The notes under the pieces: generated by a model
Databases searched by the model: none
Seen by the model: the letters and a program-made list of their open reading frames with translations, nothing else
What the model was told of the DNA's origin: nothing
Position numbers and translations under genes: made by a program
Assembly (NCBI GenBank): GCA_963846575.1
Contig: CAWJWJ010000002.1
Coordinates: forward strand, 864,001 to 928,000
Length of the DNA: 64,000 bases
Direction: 5' to 3'
Origin: an uncultured Nitrospiraceae bacterium
GTDB taxonomy: Bacteria; Nitrospirota; Nitrospiria; Nitrospirales; Nitrospiraceae
In this document: positions 41,188 through 51,266 of the stretch, piece by piece
How positions within the stretch are numbered: the first letter of the stretch is position 1
How the letters are laid out: every line of letters starts with the position of its first letter

Positions 41188-41314
41188 CCATCTCCGCAGT
41201 CCGCCACTTCCGGTGCCATTGTGCGGACATCTGCACATCAGAGTTGAGGTCGTCCAGGTCGGACGTGCTAGACTGCGCCAGTTTCGTGAGGTCATCAATC
41301 CGGTTACTCGCTCC

Positions 41315-41779
41315 ATGTTCGACGTCATTCTGTATCAACCTGAAATTCCTCCGAACAGCGGCAACATCATTCGTCTCTGCGCCAATACCGGCGCGAGGCT
41401 GCATATGGTCAAACCGCTGGGATTTACGCTGGAGGACAAGCAATTGCTGCGGGCCGGACTGGACTACCATGAATTCGCCAGCCTGACGGTGCACGAAAGC
41501 TGGGGGGAATGTGTCGGGCAGTTCCAAACTCGGCGGCTCTTCACCGTGTCGACCAAGGGGACTCAGCGCTACGATCTGGTGAACTACCTTGAGGACGACG
41601 TGTTCGTCTTCGGCCCCGAAACCCGCGGGTTGCCCCCCGAGATCCTGGGAAGTGTGGGCCCGGACCGGCGGATTCGCGTGCCGATGGTGAAGGGGAGCCG
41701 CAGCCTCAATCTCTCCAACGCGGTGGCGGTGGTCGTCTATGAAGCCTGGCGGCAGCTCGATTTTGGAAACGGTTGCTAG
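41315..41779 (+). CDS. trmL: tRNA (cytidine/uridine(34)-2'-O)-methyltransferase
   Basis: LYQPEIPPNSGN, LLRAGLDY, FGPETRGLP, RSLNLSN. Confidence 0.95.
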   Translation: MFDVILYQPEIPPNSGNIIRLCANTGARLHMVKPLGFTLEDKQLLRAGLDYHEFASLTVHESWGECVGQFQTRRLFTVSTKGTQRYDLVNYLEDDVFVFGPETRGLPPEILGSVGPDRRIRVPMVKGSRSLNLSNAVAVVVYEAWRQLDFGNGC

Positions 41780-41981
41780 CTGAGTGGGGCGTCTGACCCT
41801 TCTGTTCCGGTGCGACGTCTGCCAGGCCGTTCGTCCATGGCCGGTCACGCGCTCAGGGATTCGTCGGGACAGAGCACCAAGGCACGCAACTCTCACAGAG
41901 GTTAGACAACGCGTCGAGGGTATGAGGCCCGTTGGAAACCGGGACCTCTCGATGCACGGCTGATTGTTCGAAGGAGGCATC

Positions 41982-43589
41982 ATGTCGAACCCACACGCAC
42001 CGTTTTATCCAATTATCTATGTGCGCGGTTATGCGATGACGCCCGGAGAGATCGACGAGACGACCGCCGATCCCTTCTGCGGCTTCAACCTCGGTTCCAC
42101 CGTGTACCGCGCCGTGCCGGACAAGACCCGCCAGCCGCGCAAATACATCTTCGAATCGCCCGTCGTGCGGCTGGCCTCGGACTTCAAATATTGTGACGTC
42201 TATGAGGATGGGTACGACATCCTCGACCCCGAGTGGAGCACGGATGAGAGGAATGTGCTGACGAGCCGGTCCATCATCATCTACCGCTATTACGACGAAG
42301 CCTCGCGTCTGCTTGGATTGGGAAAGACGCCGGCCATCGAGGTGTTTTCGACCAAGCTGGGCGAGTTGATATTAAAGGTCCGCGATCTCGTCTGCGCCAA
42401 CCCCGAGAACGGCATCACGCCCAAGGATTTCCGTTGTTACCTGGTAGCCCATTCGATGGGTGGTCTGGTCTGCCGCGGCCTGTTGCAGAATCCCAAGAGC
42501 GACAAAAAGAATGCCCGGCAATACGTCGATAAGCTGTTTACCTATGCGACGCCCCATAACGGAATCGAGGTTGCGGGGGTCAATGTGCCGTCGTGGCTGA
42601 CGCTCGCCGACATGAATAATTTTGATCGCAAGAGGATGGCGAAGTACCTGGGTCTGGAAGCAGCGTACGACAAGACCGAGAGGGTCGATTGGATGCCCGA
42701 GGATCGCTTCGATCCGGCGCGGATCTTCTGCATGGTCGGTACCAACCGGATGGATTATGAAGCCGGCCTGGGCCTCTCGCGCACGTTTGCGGGTCAGGGC
42801 AGTGACGGCCTGGTGCGCATCCATAACGCGACCCTGTGCGGTCTGAAGGAAAACGGCGCGCCCGGTTCCCCCTGCGCGAAGGCCTTTGCGTATCGCGCCC
42901 ATTCGGGATTTTTCGGCATTGTGAACAGCGAAGAAGCCTATCAGAACCTGACGCGGTTTCTGTTCGGCAACGTGCGCGTCGACGTGTGGGTCGATGTGGA
43001 AGAGATCAAGCTCCCGGTCACGGTGCAGGAAGCCGTCGATAAGGGCCGGAAGGTGAACGCGCTGTACCAGTTCGAGGTGCTGGCTTCCACGCGCGGCAAA
43101 CTGTGGTTTCTCACGCGCCGGACCTCCGAGGAAGATTCTGTCGCCTGTCTCACGCACGAGGAATGGCTCGCCGCCCCCAAAAAGAACGGCTCGTTGTACG
43201 TCTCGAGCGTGTTTCTCGCCAACCGCGCGAAAGTCATCAAGGCCCGGCGGTCGCTGGCCTACAGCATGTCGCTCGGCGTGCGAGTGCCGGATTATGAAAT
43301 CGATCGCAAACTCTGGATCAATGAGCACTATGAAGGGGGCTATTTGTACCGGAATACGATCTTGATGGAGATGGTGCCGCCGGAGGCGAAGGGCGAGCGA
43401 TGGAAGGTGACCTACGCCTGGCAGAATCAGGGCAAGACCCTGCCGGACAGCGAGATCGATCCCAAGAGTCTCAGGAGCGGCAAGGTGGAGGTGGCTGTGC
43501 CGTTTGAGAGCGGCACCACGCCCGGTATCCGCGGGACGCTGCGGTTCGTCATCTCGGCATGGAATACGGATGCCGTCATGGAGGAATAA
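41982..43589 (+). CDS. Alpha/beta-hydrolase (lipase/PGAP1-like) with extended C-terminal domain
   Basis: LVAHSMGGL nucleophile elbow, TYATPHNG, SDGLV, RAHSG; AGGAGG RBS. Confidence 0.8.
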   Translation: MSNPHAPFYPIIYVRGYAMTPGEIDETTADPFCGFNLGSTVYRAVPDKTRQPRKYIFESPVVRLASDFKYCDVYEDGYDILDPEWSTDERNVLTSRSIIIYRYYDEASRLLGLGKTPAIEVFSTKLGELILKVRDLVCANPENGITPKDFRCYLVAHSMGGLVCRGLLQNPKSDKKNARQYVDKLFTYATPHNGIEVAGVNVPSWLTLADMNNFDRKRMAKYLGLEAAYDKTERVDWMPEDRFDPARIFCMVGTNRMDYEAGLGLSRTFAGQGSDGLVRIHNATLCGLKENGAPGSPCAKAFAYRAHSGFFGIVNSEEAYQNLTRFLFGNVRVDVWVDVEEIKLPVTVQEAVDKGRKVNALYQFEVLASTRGKLWFLTRRTSEEDSVACLTHEEWLAAPKKNGSLYVSSVFLANRAKVIKARRSLAYSMSLGVRVPDYEIDRKLWINEHYEGGYLYRNTILMEMVPPEAKGERWKVTYAWQNQGKTLPDSEIDPKSLRSGKVEVAVPFESGTTPGIRGTLRFVISAWNTDAVMEE

Positions 43590-43756
43590 GCTCCGGGCCG
43601 GACGGGTGCCTCAGAGTGTTGGGCCTCTCCCTGTGAACTGCGCGGGTCAACAAGGTGGATGCCAGGCTGCTCGTCTTGCTCTGTTCAAGAGCAGTCTGCT
43701 AGGGTGATGTCTTCTGCTACGAAGCAGGTCAACCCCGAGAACGGAGGAACGCTACC

Positions 43757-44191
43757 ATGGGAGAGGTCGATACAGCCCCGGAAGTTGCCGCCAAGGTCAT
43801 CGAAGATCTGACGGCGTTGGAGGTGGATCCGGCCAAATGCGAGCGTCTTTTTAAGGCCGCGCTGGTGCAGTCCCAATCGGGCACCACCTATCGCATGCTG
43901 GCCAAGGTGGCACAGACTGGAAAGGTGGATCTCGTCCACTACGGCTGTGCGCTGGATGCGGATGGGAACCCAACCACGAAATGGAAGATCAGGCGCATCC
44001 TCGAACAAAAGCCTGAGCGGTTTGACAAAGAGCTTGAGGCGATCAAGCAGGGAGTCGCGGACGATGGTGAGGTTGTGCAAGGCGCATGGGTGCATGATAT
44101 GACCGGCCTCCCGGACGTCGCCGCACAGGGCAAGAGTCTGGACGAATGGTTTCGGACTACGATCGCGGAGCTTCGCAAGAAACCGAGCTAG
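43757..44191 (+). CDS. Hypothetical protein
   Basis: GGAGG RBS, typical codon use, 144 aa. Confidence 0.7.
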   Translation: MGEVDTAPEVAAKVIEDLTALEVDPAKCERLFKAALVQSQSGTTYRMLAKVAQTGKVDLVHYGCALDADGNPTTKWKIRRILEQKPERFDKELEAIKQGVADDGEVVQGAWVHDMTGLPDVAAQGKSLDEWFRTTIAELRKKPS

Positions 44192-44226
44192 CCGATGCCG
44201 GGCCGCCATGGCTCCACCGGTGGCAT

Positions 44227-45519
44227 TCAAAAAATCATCGGCGGTGAGCCCGGCGGCAGGGGCGACGGGCCGGTTGCGGCCCGTGGTGAGGCGGTGATGA
44301 CGACCGTCAGCCGGCGATGGGCCTCCCGTAGCGACCGCTCAACATCCTCCGGGGTATTCCCGCGTGCCAGGAGAAATCCCAGATAGCGCGTCCCTTCCGG
44401 GAGCGGGACCAGTTCGTCACCGGGCGTTGCCGTGATCGTCAGTTCCTCGACCCCCGGCACGGCCTTCGCTTGACTCTGTCCCCGTACCTCGTGGAGCCGG
44501 CCCCCGTAGGGAATAGGAAGCATCATCACGCCCGCCGAGCGCGCTTGCCTGGTGAGAGCAGGAAGCGGCATCCGTAACGCGTGGCGGAGGATCAGCTCTT
44601 CGAGCGACATTCCGGCGGCGAAGTCCAGCGTCCTGGAGCAGCGTCCGCCGATGGCTCGCGCCGCCATCTCAATGACCCACACCCCCTCCTGATTCACCCG
44701 GAATTCGGCATGTACCGGTCCCTCCCGGAGATCGAGAGCTTCGGCTGTCCGGCCGGCACAGGTGACAATGTCCTGCTGTACGTCGGCCGCGAGACGAGAG
44801 GGAGTCACATAGATCGTCTCCTCGAAGTAGGGGCCGTCGAGCGGGTCGGGCTTGTCGAACAGCGCGAGAGGCTGGAGGACTCCGTCGGTGAGCAGGCCCT
44901 CGAGTGCAAACTCCATCCCGGGTACAAAATCTTCGACAAGCACCCAGCGGGCCTGTTCATCGGCTGCGGTCAGACCCAAGGTAGTGAGGAGCGCGCCTAT
45001 CCGACGGAACGCACGAATATATTCCTCCTCGTCATTCGCGCGAATGACCCCGCAACTGGCGGAGAGGATCAGCGGCTTCACGACGCAGGGATAACGCACC
45101 TGCCGGGCGAACGTCGTCGGATCGCCATCGAGCGGGAATACGGCATGCAGGGGGACGGCAATGCCCCGGGCCGAGAGCAACTCGCGCATCCGGCGCTTAT
45201 TGCCCGCGGCGGTCACGGACGCGATGGAGTTGTGGGGTAACCCGAGCGCCTCTGCCACGACCGCGGCGGTGACGGCGGTGGCATCGTTCACGCCGATCAC
45301 CGCATCGATCGCGTGGCGGCGGGCGAATTCCAGGGCGGTTCGTGCGGCTGCTTGCGGATGCCGGAGATCCAGCGTCAGGACATTGCCTGACAGGTCAGGC
45401 AGCGCCTCGTCAGCCTCCTCCGTCCCGATGGTCACGGCGACATCAGTGCGGCGGGCTGCCTCGAGGAATGCCTCCGCTCGATACGTTCGCGTCGGCAGGA
45501 GAAGCAGAAGTCTCGACAT
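44227..45519 (-). CDS. ATP-grasp domain protein (L-amino-acid ligase-like)
   Basis: NKRRMR, YPCVVKP..SASCGV, LVEDFVPG.E, HAEFR..VIEMAARAIGG. Confidence 0.88.
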   Translation of the reverse strand: MSRLLLLLPTRTYRAEAFLEAARRTDVAVTIGTEEADEALPDLSGNVLTLDLRHPQAAARTALEFARRHAIDAVIGVNDATAVTAAVVAEALGLPHNSIASVTAAGNKRRMRELLSARGIAVPLHAVFPLDGDPTTFARQVRYPCVVKPLILSASCGVIRANDEEEYIRAFRRIGALLTTLGLTAADEQARWVLVEDFVPGMEFALEGLLTDGVLQPLALFDKPDPLDGPYFEETIYVTPSRLAADVQQDIVTCAGRTAEALDLREGPVHAEFRVNQEGVWVIEMAARAIGGRCSRTLDFAAGMSLEELILRHALRMPLPALTRQARSAGVMMLPIPYGGRLHEVRGQSQAKAVPGVEELTITATPGDELVPLPEGTRYLGFLLARGNTPEDVERSLREAHRRLTVVITASPRAATGPSPLPPGSPPMIF

Positions 45520-45634
45520 CGTTCGCGACACCGGTGAATCGTGCAACGTCTCTCGTTGCGGATAAGCCTATCTGACGACTGGCCTTGAGCCGGTTCGAAA
45601 AGATCCTGCTCCGGCTCATGTCAGGAACGGCCTG

Positions 45635-46351
45635 TCACGAAGGAAGCGCGGCGGCTGCGCGGGCTTTGTGAAACGCCTCTAACTGACGATTGGCCTCGGT
45701 GATGACGCCTAATTGTTGCACCACGGCGGCCACTCTCTCGCCGGGTATCGCGTAATAGCCCTCATCATCTCCGAGTCCGGTATAGACGCGGTTGCCGATA
45801 CAACCAAAACTGGTGGCCGTCCGTCCCGACTGCAATGATTCCGGCAGCACGGCGCAGGTCGGCCGGCCCATCGTCGCGCCGCCGCCGGCCACGCCCGCGG
45901 CCTGTGCGGCTTCCGCCAGCAGCATCAGTTGCTTGACGGTCCCGCGAACCAGGACCACGTCGGGCGCGAAGCTGGCCTTGGTGAGTGGCGCATAGATGGC
46001 CACATGAAACGGTTTCTGTCGCCGCGGGATCATCGGAATATCTGCCATCGTGAGATACTGCAGGCCTACCATGGTCTGTACCAGGCCGTTCAACTCAGTC
46101 GCCACCTGCGGCGGTAGCTCCACACCGTGGGTATGGGCGCCGACCGGACAGGTATAGTGATCCGTGGCTTCCGTGTAGAAGACCTGTCCCTCTGCCGCCA
46201 ATTTCCAGTACCCGCAGCCCGCCGGCGCCGGCGTGGCGACATGCGGAATGCCGACCGGAGCGGCATCGCGAAACGCGATGGCGACGGCCGGTACCTGTAA
46301 ACCCAGAAGCTCTTGTATCTGCCTGCCTTGTGTCGTTGATTCAGCGTTCAC
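45635..46351 (-). CDS. DUF169-family Cys-containing protein
   Basis: PAVAIAF, GCGYW, CPVG, PDVVLV, PTCA, SFGCIGNR. Confidence 0.8.
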   Translation of the reverse strand: MNAESTTQGRQIQELLGLQVPAVAIAFRDAAPVGIPHVATPAPAGCGYWKLAAEGQVFYTEATDHYTCPVGAHTHGVELPPQVATELNGLVQTMVGLQYLTMADIPMIPRRQKPFHVAIYAPLTKASFAPDVVLVRGTVKQLMLLAEAAQAAGVAGGGATMGRPTCAVLPESLQSGRTATSFGCIGNRVYTGLGDDEGYYAIPGERVAAVVQQLGVITEANRQLEAFHKARAAAALPS

Positions 46352-46546
46352 CGGTCGTTCCCCTCTCTCCTGTATGTGACTCCATCCGAACGTGTTTGTT
46401 CCCGCTGTGCGCAGAAGTCGCGCATGAAGCTTTGCCTGAATCCACGTCAGACCAACCGGGATCCGTTCTCCTGAGTCAGTCTGTTACTCGACTCGTGCGC
46501 CTGCCGGAAGTGGAAGCGGAGCCGGCCATCTCTGGTCGGCACGCCG

Positions 46547-48066
46547 TCATATTTCCCCATGCCCTTTCGTGACCAGCGGTCTGAATTGCCGGCTCGTCGG
46601 CTCGGCACAACAGAACCATGATTCGGTCAGGCGAGGCGGTTTCTGACGGTCAGTCTGGCGCGCGATGGTCCGGGTCGTCGGGCGTGGGGGACGGCCTGCC
46701 GTCTCCTCCGCCGCCGCCCTGATACGATGAAAGATCAACAGGGCATCATCTTCGGCTTTCGCGCCGGCCTCGACGATGGCGTTCACCGCCTGATGGAGCC
46801 GATCCATCCGCTCATCCGGGTGTGTCCATACATATTGAAATGCAGCCTGATCCAACGGCCCGAGGAACCGCCGAACATCGGAATTCGTGAGCAGCGCCGA
46901 TCCGGGCGGAATCAGCAGGCGAATACTTAATTGGACGGGGTCGGTCGCATCGATCAGGTCATGTGCCTCCAGCATATCCAGCATATGAAGGTAATCATCC
47001 AGACTGGTCCATGGGGTGAACGCCACCAGTGAGGGACGCAACGAAAGGCCGGCTTCACGCAGGATGCCGACTGTCGTGATGATGTCAGCCTCTGTGTGCC
47101 CCTTATGGAGTGTTTCCAGCACAGGGTTACTGAAGGACTCCACTGCGGAAATCACGAAGAGGCATCCGTGCGCGCTCAGCTCAGGGATCAGGGATTGCCG
47201 CTTCAGCAGGTGCTCGACCTTGGCGGTGACATCGAAGGTCAGGGACGGAAACTCCGCATGCAGTGCGCGAACGATACTCATGGAGTGGCCGGGGCCGTTG
47301 AAAAAATCAGGGTCGCCGAAGGTGATGTGCGTGGCGCCCGCTCGCACCTGGCGTCGAATATCTTCCAGGACGACGGCCTCCGGGACGAGGACGAAGCGCC
47401 CGTCATAGACCGGGACGATCGGGCAGTGGAGACAATGGTGGAGGCATCCGCGACTCGCCTCGACATAGCCGACCAACCGTTCCCTGCCGTGGTGTTCGAG
47501 CCGCGCATACCGGTCCAACATCGGCAACCCGCTCCGACTCGGTATCGGCTGTGAGGGACTCGAGGTCGTGGACTTGTAGACACGCTGCAGCGAGGGCTCG
47601 GTGATACGCCCCGGTGAACTGACTCCCTCGAGATGACCGATCGGCTGCCCGCGCTCGAGTGCCTCGATTAACGAGATCAATGGCAGGTCGTATTCGCCGC
47701 CCACCACCGAATCGGCCAGGTTTTGAAGGAGATATTCCGCATTGATGGAGGCGTACAACCCGTAAAAACAGATGTGGCTGGAGGGATTGATCTTGCGGAT
47801 CAGCTCGGCGACCCGCACCCCGAGCCGGAGCGCCGTGTGCATGGGCACCGAGATGCCGACGAACCGAGCTGTTTGAAAGGCTGATTCGTCGATGTTGTCC
47901 ACTGCGATGTCGAGGCCGACCGGGGCCCATCCCCCTGTTCGAGAAAGCCGATCGGTTGGGCGATGCCGAGGGGTTGATGGCCCAACTCGTAGCAAGAGAC
48001 GAGCATGATCGCGCCCGGTTGTCTCAGGTCCCGCCACTCTGCTGGGTTGTCCGCACTGCGTCCCAT
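46547..48066 (-). CDS. CUAEP/CCAEP-tail radical SAM protein (ArsL-like), apparent -1 frameshift at about 47933
   Basis: N-terminal LVSCYELGHQP in one frame, then SVPMHTALRLG; EASRGCLHHCLHC (CxxxCxxC); ITFGDPDF; C-terminal WFCCAEP; one G missing from a G-run joins the frames. Confidence 0.85.
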
Positions 48067-48242
48067 CGCACGCTCCTCCCGCTCGGTCATCGGTCACTCT
48101 AACTCACCCCCGAGAGCAGGCGCAATGTGCCGCAGGACAGCGCTGGTTGAACCGGGTCGCCCGTTCTTTCATAATGAAGACGCCGACAGCGGCAGACGAT
48201 CCATCACTCCGTTCTCCGTTGCGCATCCATTGTGGAGGGCCT

Positions 48243-48929
48243 ATGAAAATTCTTCCGCTCATCACCATTGTCATGGCGGCGGTCGTCAGTCTGAGCGTTT
48301 CCGGGTGCGCGAGCGGCCCACGCGAGAAAAAGATCGAGTTCGTCTACCTCGCGCTCGGCGCCAGTGACGCGACGGGGGTCGGGGCTACGCCATTGACGGA
48401 AGGGTACGTGTTCCTGATCAAACAGGATCTGGACCGGCGGATGGCAGGAGTCTTTCTGATTAACCTGGGGATACCGGGGGCCAGGATCGATCTGATCAAG
48501 GAGCAGGTGCGCGTGGCCGGGCAACTTGGCACCAAGGCGAATCTCGTGACGGTGTGGACCGGGGCGAACGATCTCGTGCGCGGTGACGATCCGAAGACGT
48601 TCCGTCAGGATCTGCGGTTTATTCTTCAGATGCTGCGGGACGACGTGTCGGAGAATATCGTGATCGGCAATCTTCCCGATCTCACCCGGCTTCCCCGATT
48701 CCAGCGGGCCCCCGATCCGCGTGTGACCCTGGCACGGGTCACTGCGTATAACGACGCCATTGCGCAGGAGGCGCGCGATGTCGGGGCGACAGTCGTGGAT
48801 CTCTTCACGCAGCCGGTTCGCGAAGAACTCATTTTCGATGTGGATGGGTTCCACCCCAATGATGCCGGTCATCGCGAAATCGCCCGCCTGTTCCTGCAGT
48901 CGATCCTGACCAAACTGGGGGTGAGGTAA
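48243..48929 (+). CDS. SGNH/GDSL hydrolase lipoprotein
   Basis: Lipobox VSGC, LGASDATG block I, GAND block III, DGFHPN block V. Confidence 0.88.
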   Translation: MKILPLITIVMAAVVSLSVSGCASGPREKKIEFVYLALGASDATGVGATPLTEGYVFLIKQDLDRRMAGVFLINLGIPGARIDLIKEQVRVAGQLGTKANLVTVWTGANDLVRGDDPKTFRQDLRFILQMLRDDVSENIVIGNLPDLTRLPRFQRAPDPRVTLARVTAYNDAIAQEARDVGATVVDLFTQPVREELIFDVDGFHPNDAGHREIARLFLQSILTKLGVR

Positions 48930-48936
48930 AAGAACC

Positions 48937-49251
48937 ATGGCACAGCATGCCTACAAGACGCTGGCCGAAGCCGTGGAGGGTCTCAGGCAGAGAGGCTTCG
49001 CGGCAAACTTTGAGTTACTCCATACACAGTTCAGGGCGGTCAACAGCGGCCGGACATTTACGGCCGATCAGTTGACGATCGTCGAGCATCACCGGTTCGA
49101 AGGAGCCAGCGATCCGGACGACATGTCGGTGGTGTATGCGATCGAGGCGCAGGACGGCACCCGCGGGACCATTGCCGATGCCTTTGGTCCTGAAGCCGAT
49201 CCGGAACTCGGCCGGTTTCTCAAAAGCGTAAAGATGCTCGAAGACGTCTAA
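48937..49251 (+). CDS. Conserved hypothetical protein (family often mislabelled PRPP synthetase)
   Basis: TLAEAVEGLRQRGF..HRFEGASDPDDMSVVYAIE..DAFG pattern. Confidence 0.75.
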   Translation: MAQHAYKTLAEAVEGLRQRGFAANFELLHTQFRAVNSGRTFTADQLTIVEHHRFEGASDPDDMSVVYAIEAQDGTRGTIADAFGPEADPELGRFLKSVKMLEDV

Positions 49252-49300
49252 GGCGTCAGCCGCTACTCCGGCCCTCTCCGGACCCCCGTTGTCCGGCGGG

Positions 49301-51220
49301 TCAAATCTCCAGCACCAGCCCTATCTCGACGACCTGTTCCGCCGGCAGGTTGAAATACGAACTGGCGCGCTGGGTGTTTCGAGAGAGGACCACAAACAGT
49401 TTCTCCCTCCAGATCGCCATCCCCGGTTTTGGCGTCGCCAGGAACGTGATCCGACTGAGAAAGAACGTCGTGTCCTCGACCGGAAGCATGTGGCCGTGCG
49501 CCGCGAGTTGGGTCAGGACACGTGGAATATCCGGCCGCTCCATGAATCCGCATCGCGCCACGACCTGAAACAGATTATCCCCGATCGGGGTGATCTCCAG
49601 GGGGCTGCTCGACGGGACGAACGGTACATGTTCCGTGTGGACCGTGAGCAGGTAGACCTGTTCGTGGATCGATTTATTATGTTTGACGTTTTGCAGCAGG
49701 GCCGGCGGGGTGACATCCGGATATTGCGAAAGAAAAACGGCACGTCCGGCTGTTCGGCACTCCACCTTCGACAAGACCTCCCCGACGAATCGCCGCAGGG
49801 GAGGAAACTGAATGCGCAGGTGGTCGGCCACGATCGCGCGGCCTCGAGCCCAGGTGCTCATCACGGTAAAAATAGCCGCGCCCATGAGCAACGGAAACCA
49901 TCCGCCATGCGGAATCTTTTGCGCATTCGCGAGAAAAAAGGCCAGGTCGATGAAGAGAAATCCGCCCACGGCCAGGGCCGCCACCGGAGGACTCCATCCC
50001 CAATGGGTCTGGACCACGCGGAACATGAGCAGCGTGGTGATCACCATGGAGCCGGAGACCGCGATACCATAGGCGGCCGCGAGGTTGCTCGACGATCCGA
50101 AGGAGAGAATCAAGCCAACGGTGCCGATGAACATCAACCAGTTCAGCACACCAAAATAAATCTGGCCATGTTGCGCTGCGGAGGTGTGGGTGATCCGGAG
50201 CGGCGGGAGATAACCGAGTTGGACGGCTTGTAAGGTGAGCGAGAAGGCGCCGGACAGCATGGCCTGGGAGGCGATGACCGTCGCCAGGGTCGCCAGGATG
50301 ATCAGCGGGTAGAGCATCCAGTCAGGAGCCAGGTAATAGAAGGGGTTTGCCAGGGCCGCCGGGTTTCGCATCAGAAGCGCGCCCTGACCGAAGTATTGGA
50401 GGAGTAGCGCCGGCAGGGCGACCACAAACCAGCCGAGTTGGATCGGGCGACGGCCGAAATGCCCCATGTCGGCATAGAGCGCTTCGGCGCCGGTCAACAC
50501 CAGAAAGACGCTTCCCAGCACCAGGAATCCGATTCCCGCATGGTGAGTGAGGAACTCGATTCCGTACAGGGGATTGGCGGCCAGCAACACCTCGGGAGTG
50601 TGCCACAGACTCACCAACCCCAACAGGGCCATGGTGGTGAACCACACCAGCATGATCGGACCGAAAATACTGCCGATCTGTCCGGAGCCTTTGCGCTGGA
50701 TGGTGAACAACAATGCCACCAGGGCGACGGTGATCGGCAGAATGTACGGAGTAAAGAAATCTGTGGCTAACGTGAGCCCTTCGACTGCGCTGAGCACCGA
50801 AATGGCCGGCGTGATGATACCGTCGCTGTAAAGAAAGGAGACGCCGATCAACCCGAGCGTCGCGACCAGGCCGAGTCCCTTTCGAAGGTTCGCCGGGCGG
50901 GAGCGCTGGCTGAGCGCCATGAGCGCCAGCATGCCGCCTTCGCCGTCGTTATCCGCTCTCAGGACGAACAGAAGGTATTTGACCGTCACGACGAGCACCA
51001 GCGACCAGACGATCAGGGAGAGGATGCCCAGGATATTGCCGGTGGTCACCGCCAACCCGTGTGAATCATGAAAACATTCGCGCAGGGCATACAAAGGGCT
51101 CGTGCCGATGTCGCCATACACCACTCCAAGGGCAGCGACGGCGAGTGAGACGGGTGGGGAGGGGGCACCTTGGGGTTCGAGCAGATGCTTGTCCCGGCGC
51201 AATGAGGTAGCCACGGTCAT
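49301..51220 (-). CDS. kup: KUP/HAK/KT potassium transporter
   Basis: LGVVYGDIGTSPLYA, ADNDGEGG, ITPAISVLSAVEG, GAEALYADMGHFG, AAAYGIAV. Confidence 0.96.
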   Translation of the reverse strand: MTVATSLRRDKHLLEPQGAPSPPVSLAVAALGVVYGDIGTSPLYALRECFHDSHGLAVTTGNILGILSLIVWSLVLVVTVKYLLFVLRADNDGEGGMLALMALSQRSRPANLRKGLGLVATLGLIGVSFLYSDGIITPAISVLSAVEGLTLATDFFTPYILPITVALVALLFTIQRKGSGQIGSIFGPIMLVWFTTMALLGLVSLWHTPEVLLAANPLYGIEFLTHHAGIGFLVLGSVFLVLTGAEALYADMGHFGRRPIQLGWFVVALPALLLQYFGQGALLMRNPAALANPFYYLAPDWMLYPLIILATLATVIASQAMLSGAFSLTLQAVQLGYLPPLRITHTSAAQHGQIYFGVLNWLMFIGTVGLILSFGSSSNLAAAYGIAVSGSMVITTLLMFRVVQTHWGWSPPVAALAVGGFLFIDLAFFLANAQKIPHGGWFPLLMGAAIFTVMSTWARGRAIVADHLRIQFPPLRRFVGEVLSKVECRTAGRAVFLSQYPDVTPPALLQNVKHNKSIHEQVYLLTVHTEHVPFVPSSSPLEITPIGDNLFQVVARCGFMERPDIPRVLTQLAAHGHMLPVEDTTFFLSRITFLATPKPGMAIWREKLFVVLSRNTQRASSYFNLPAEQVVEIGLVLEI

Positions 51221-51266
51221 GGTTGTAAGGCGGCCATCACGGGAGTGATCCGATCGTCCTGCTGCG

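Noticed and set aside
46590..46625. Selenocysteine recoding in the radical SAM tail
   Set aside because: Both residues are TGT Cys codons (CCAEP); no in-frame TGA
48937..49251. PRPP synthetase
   Set aside because: Only 104 aa, without PRPP synthetase motifs
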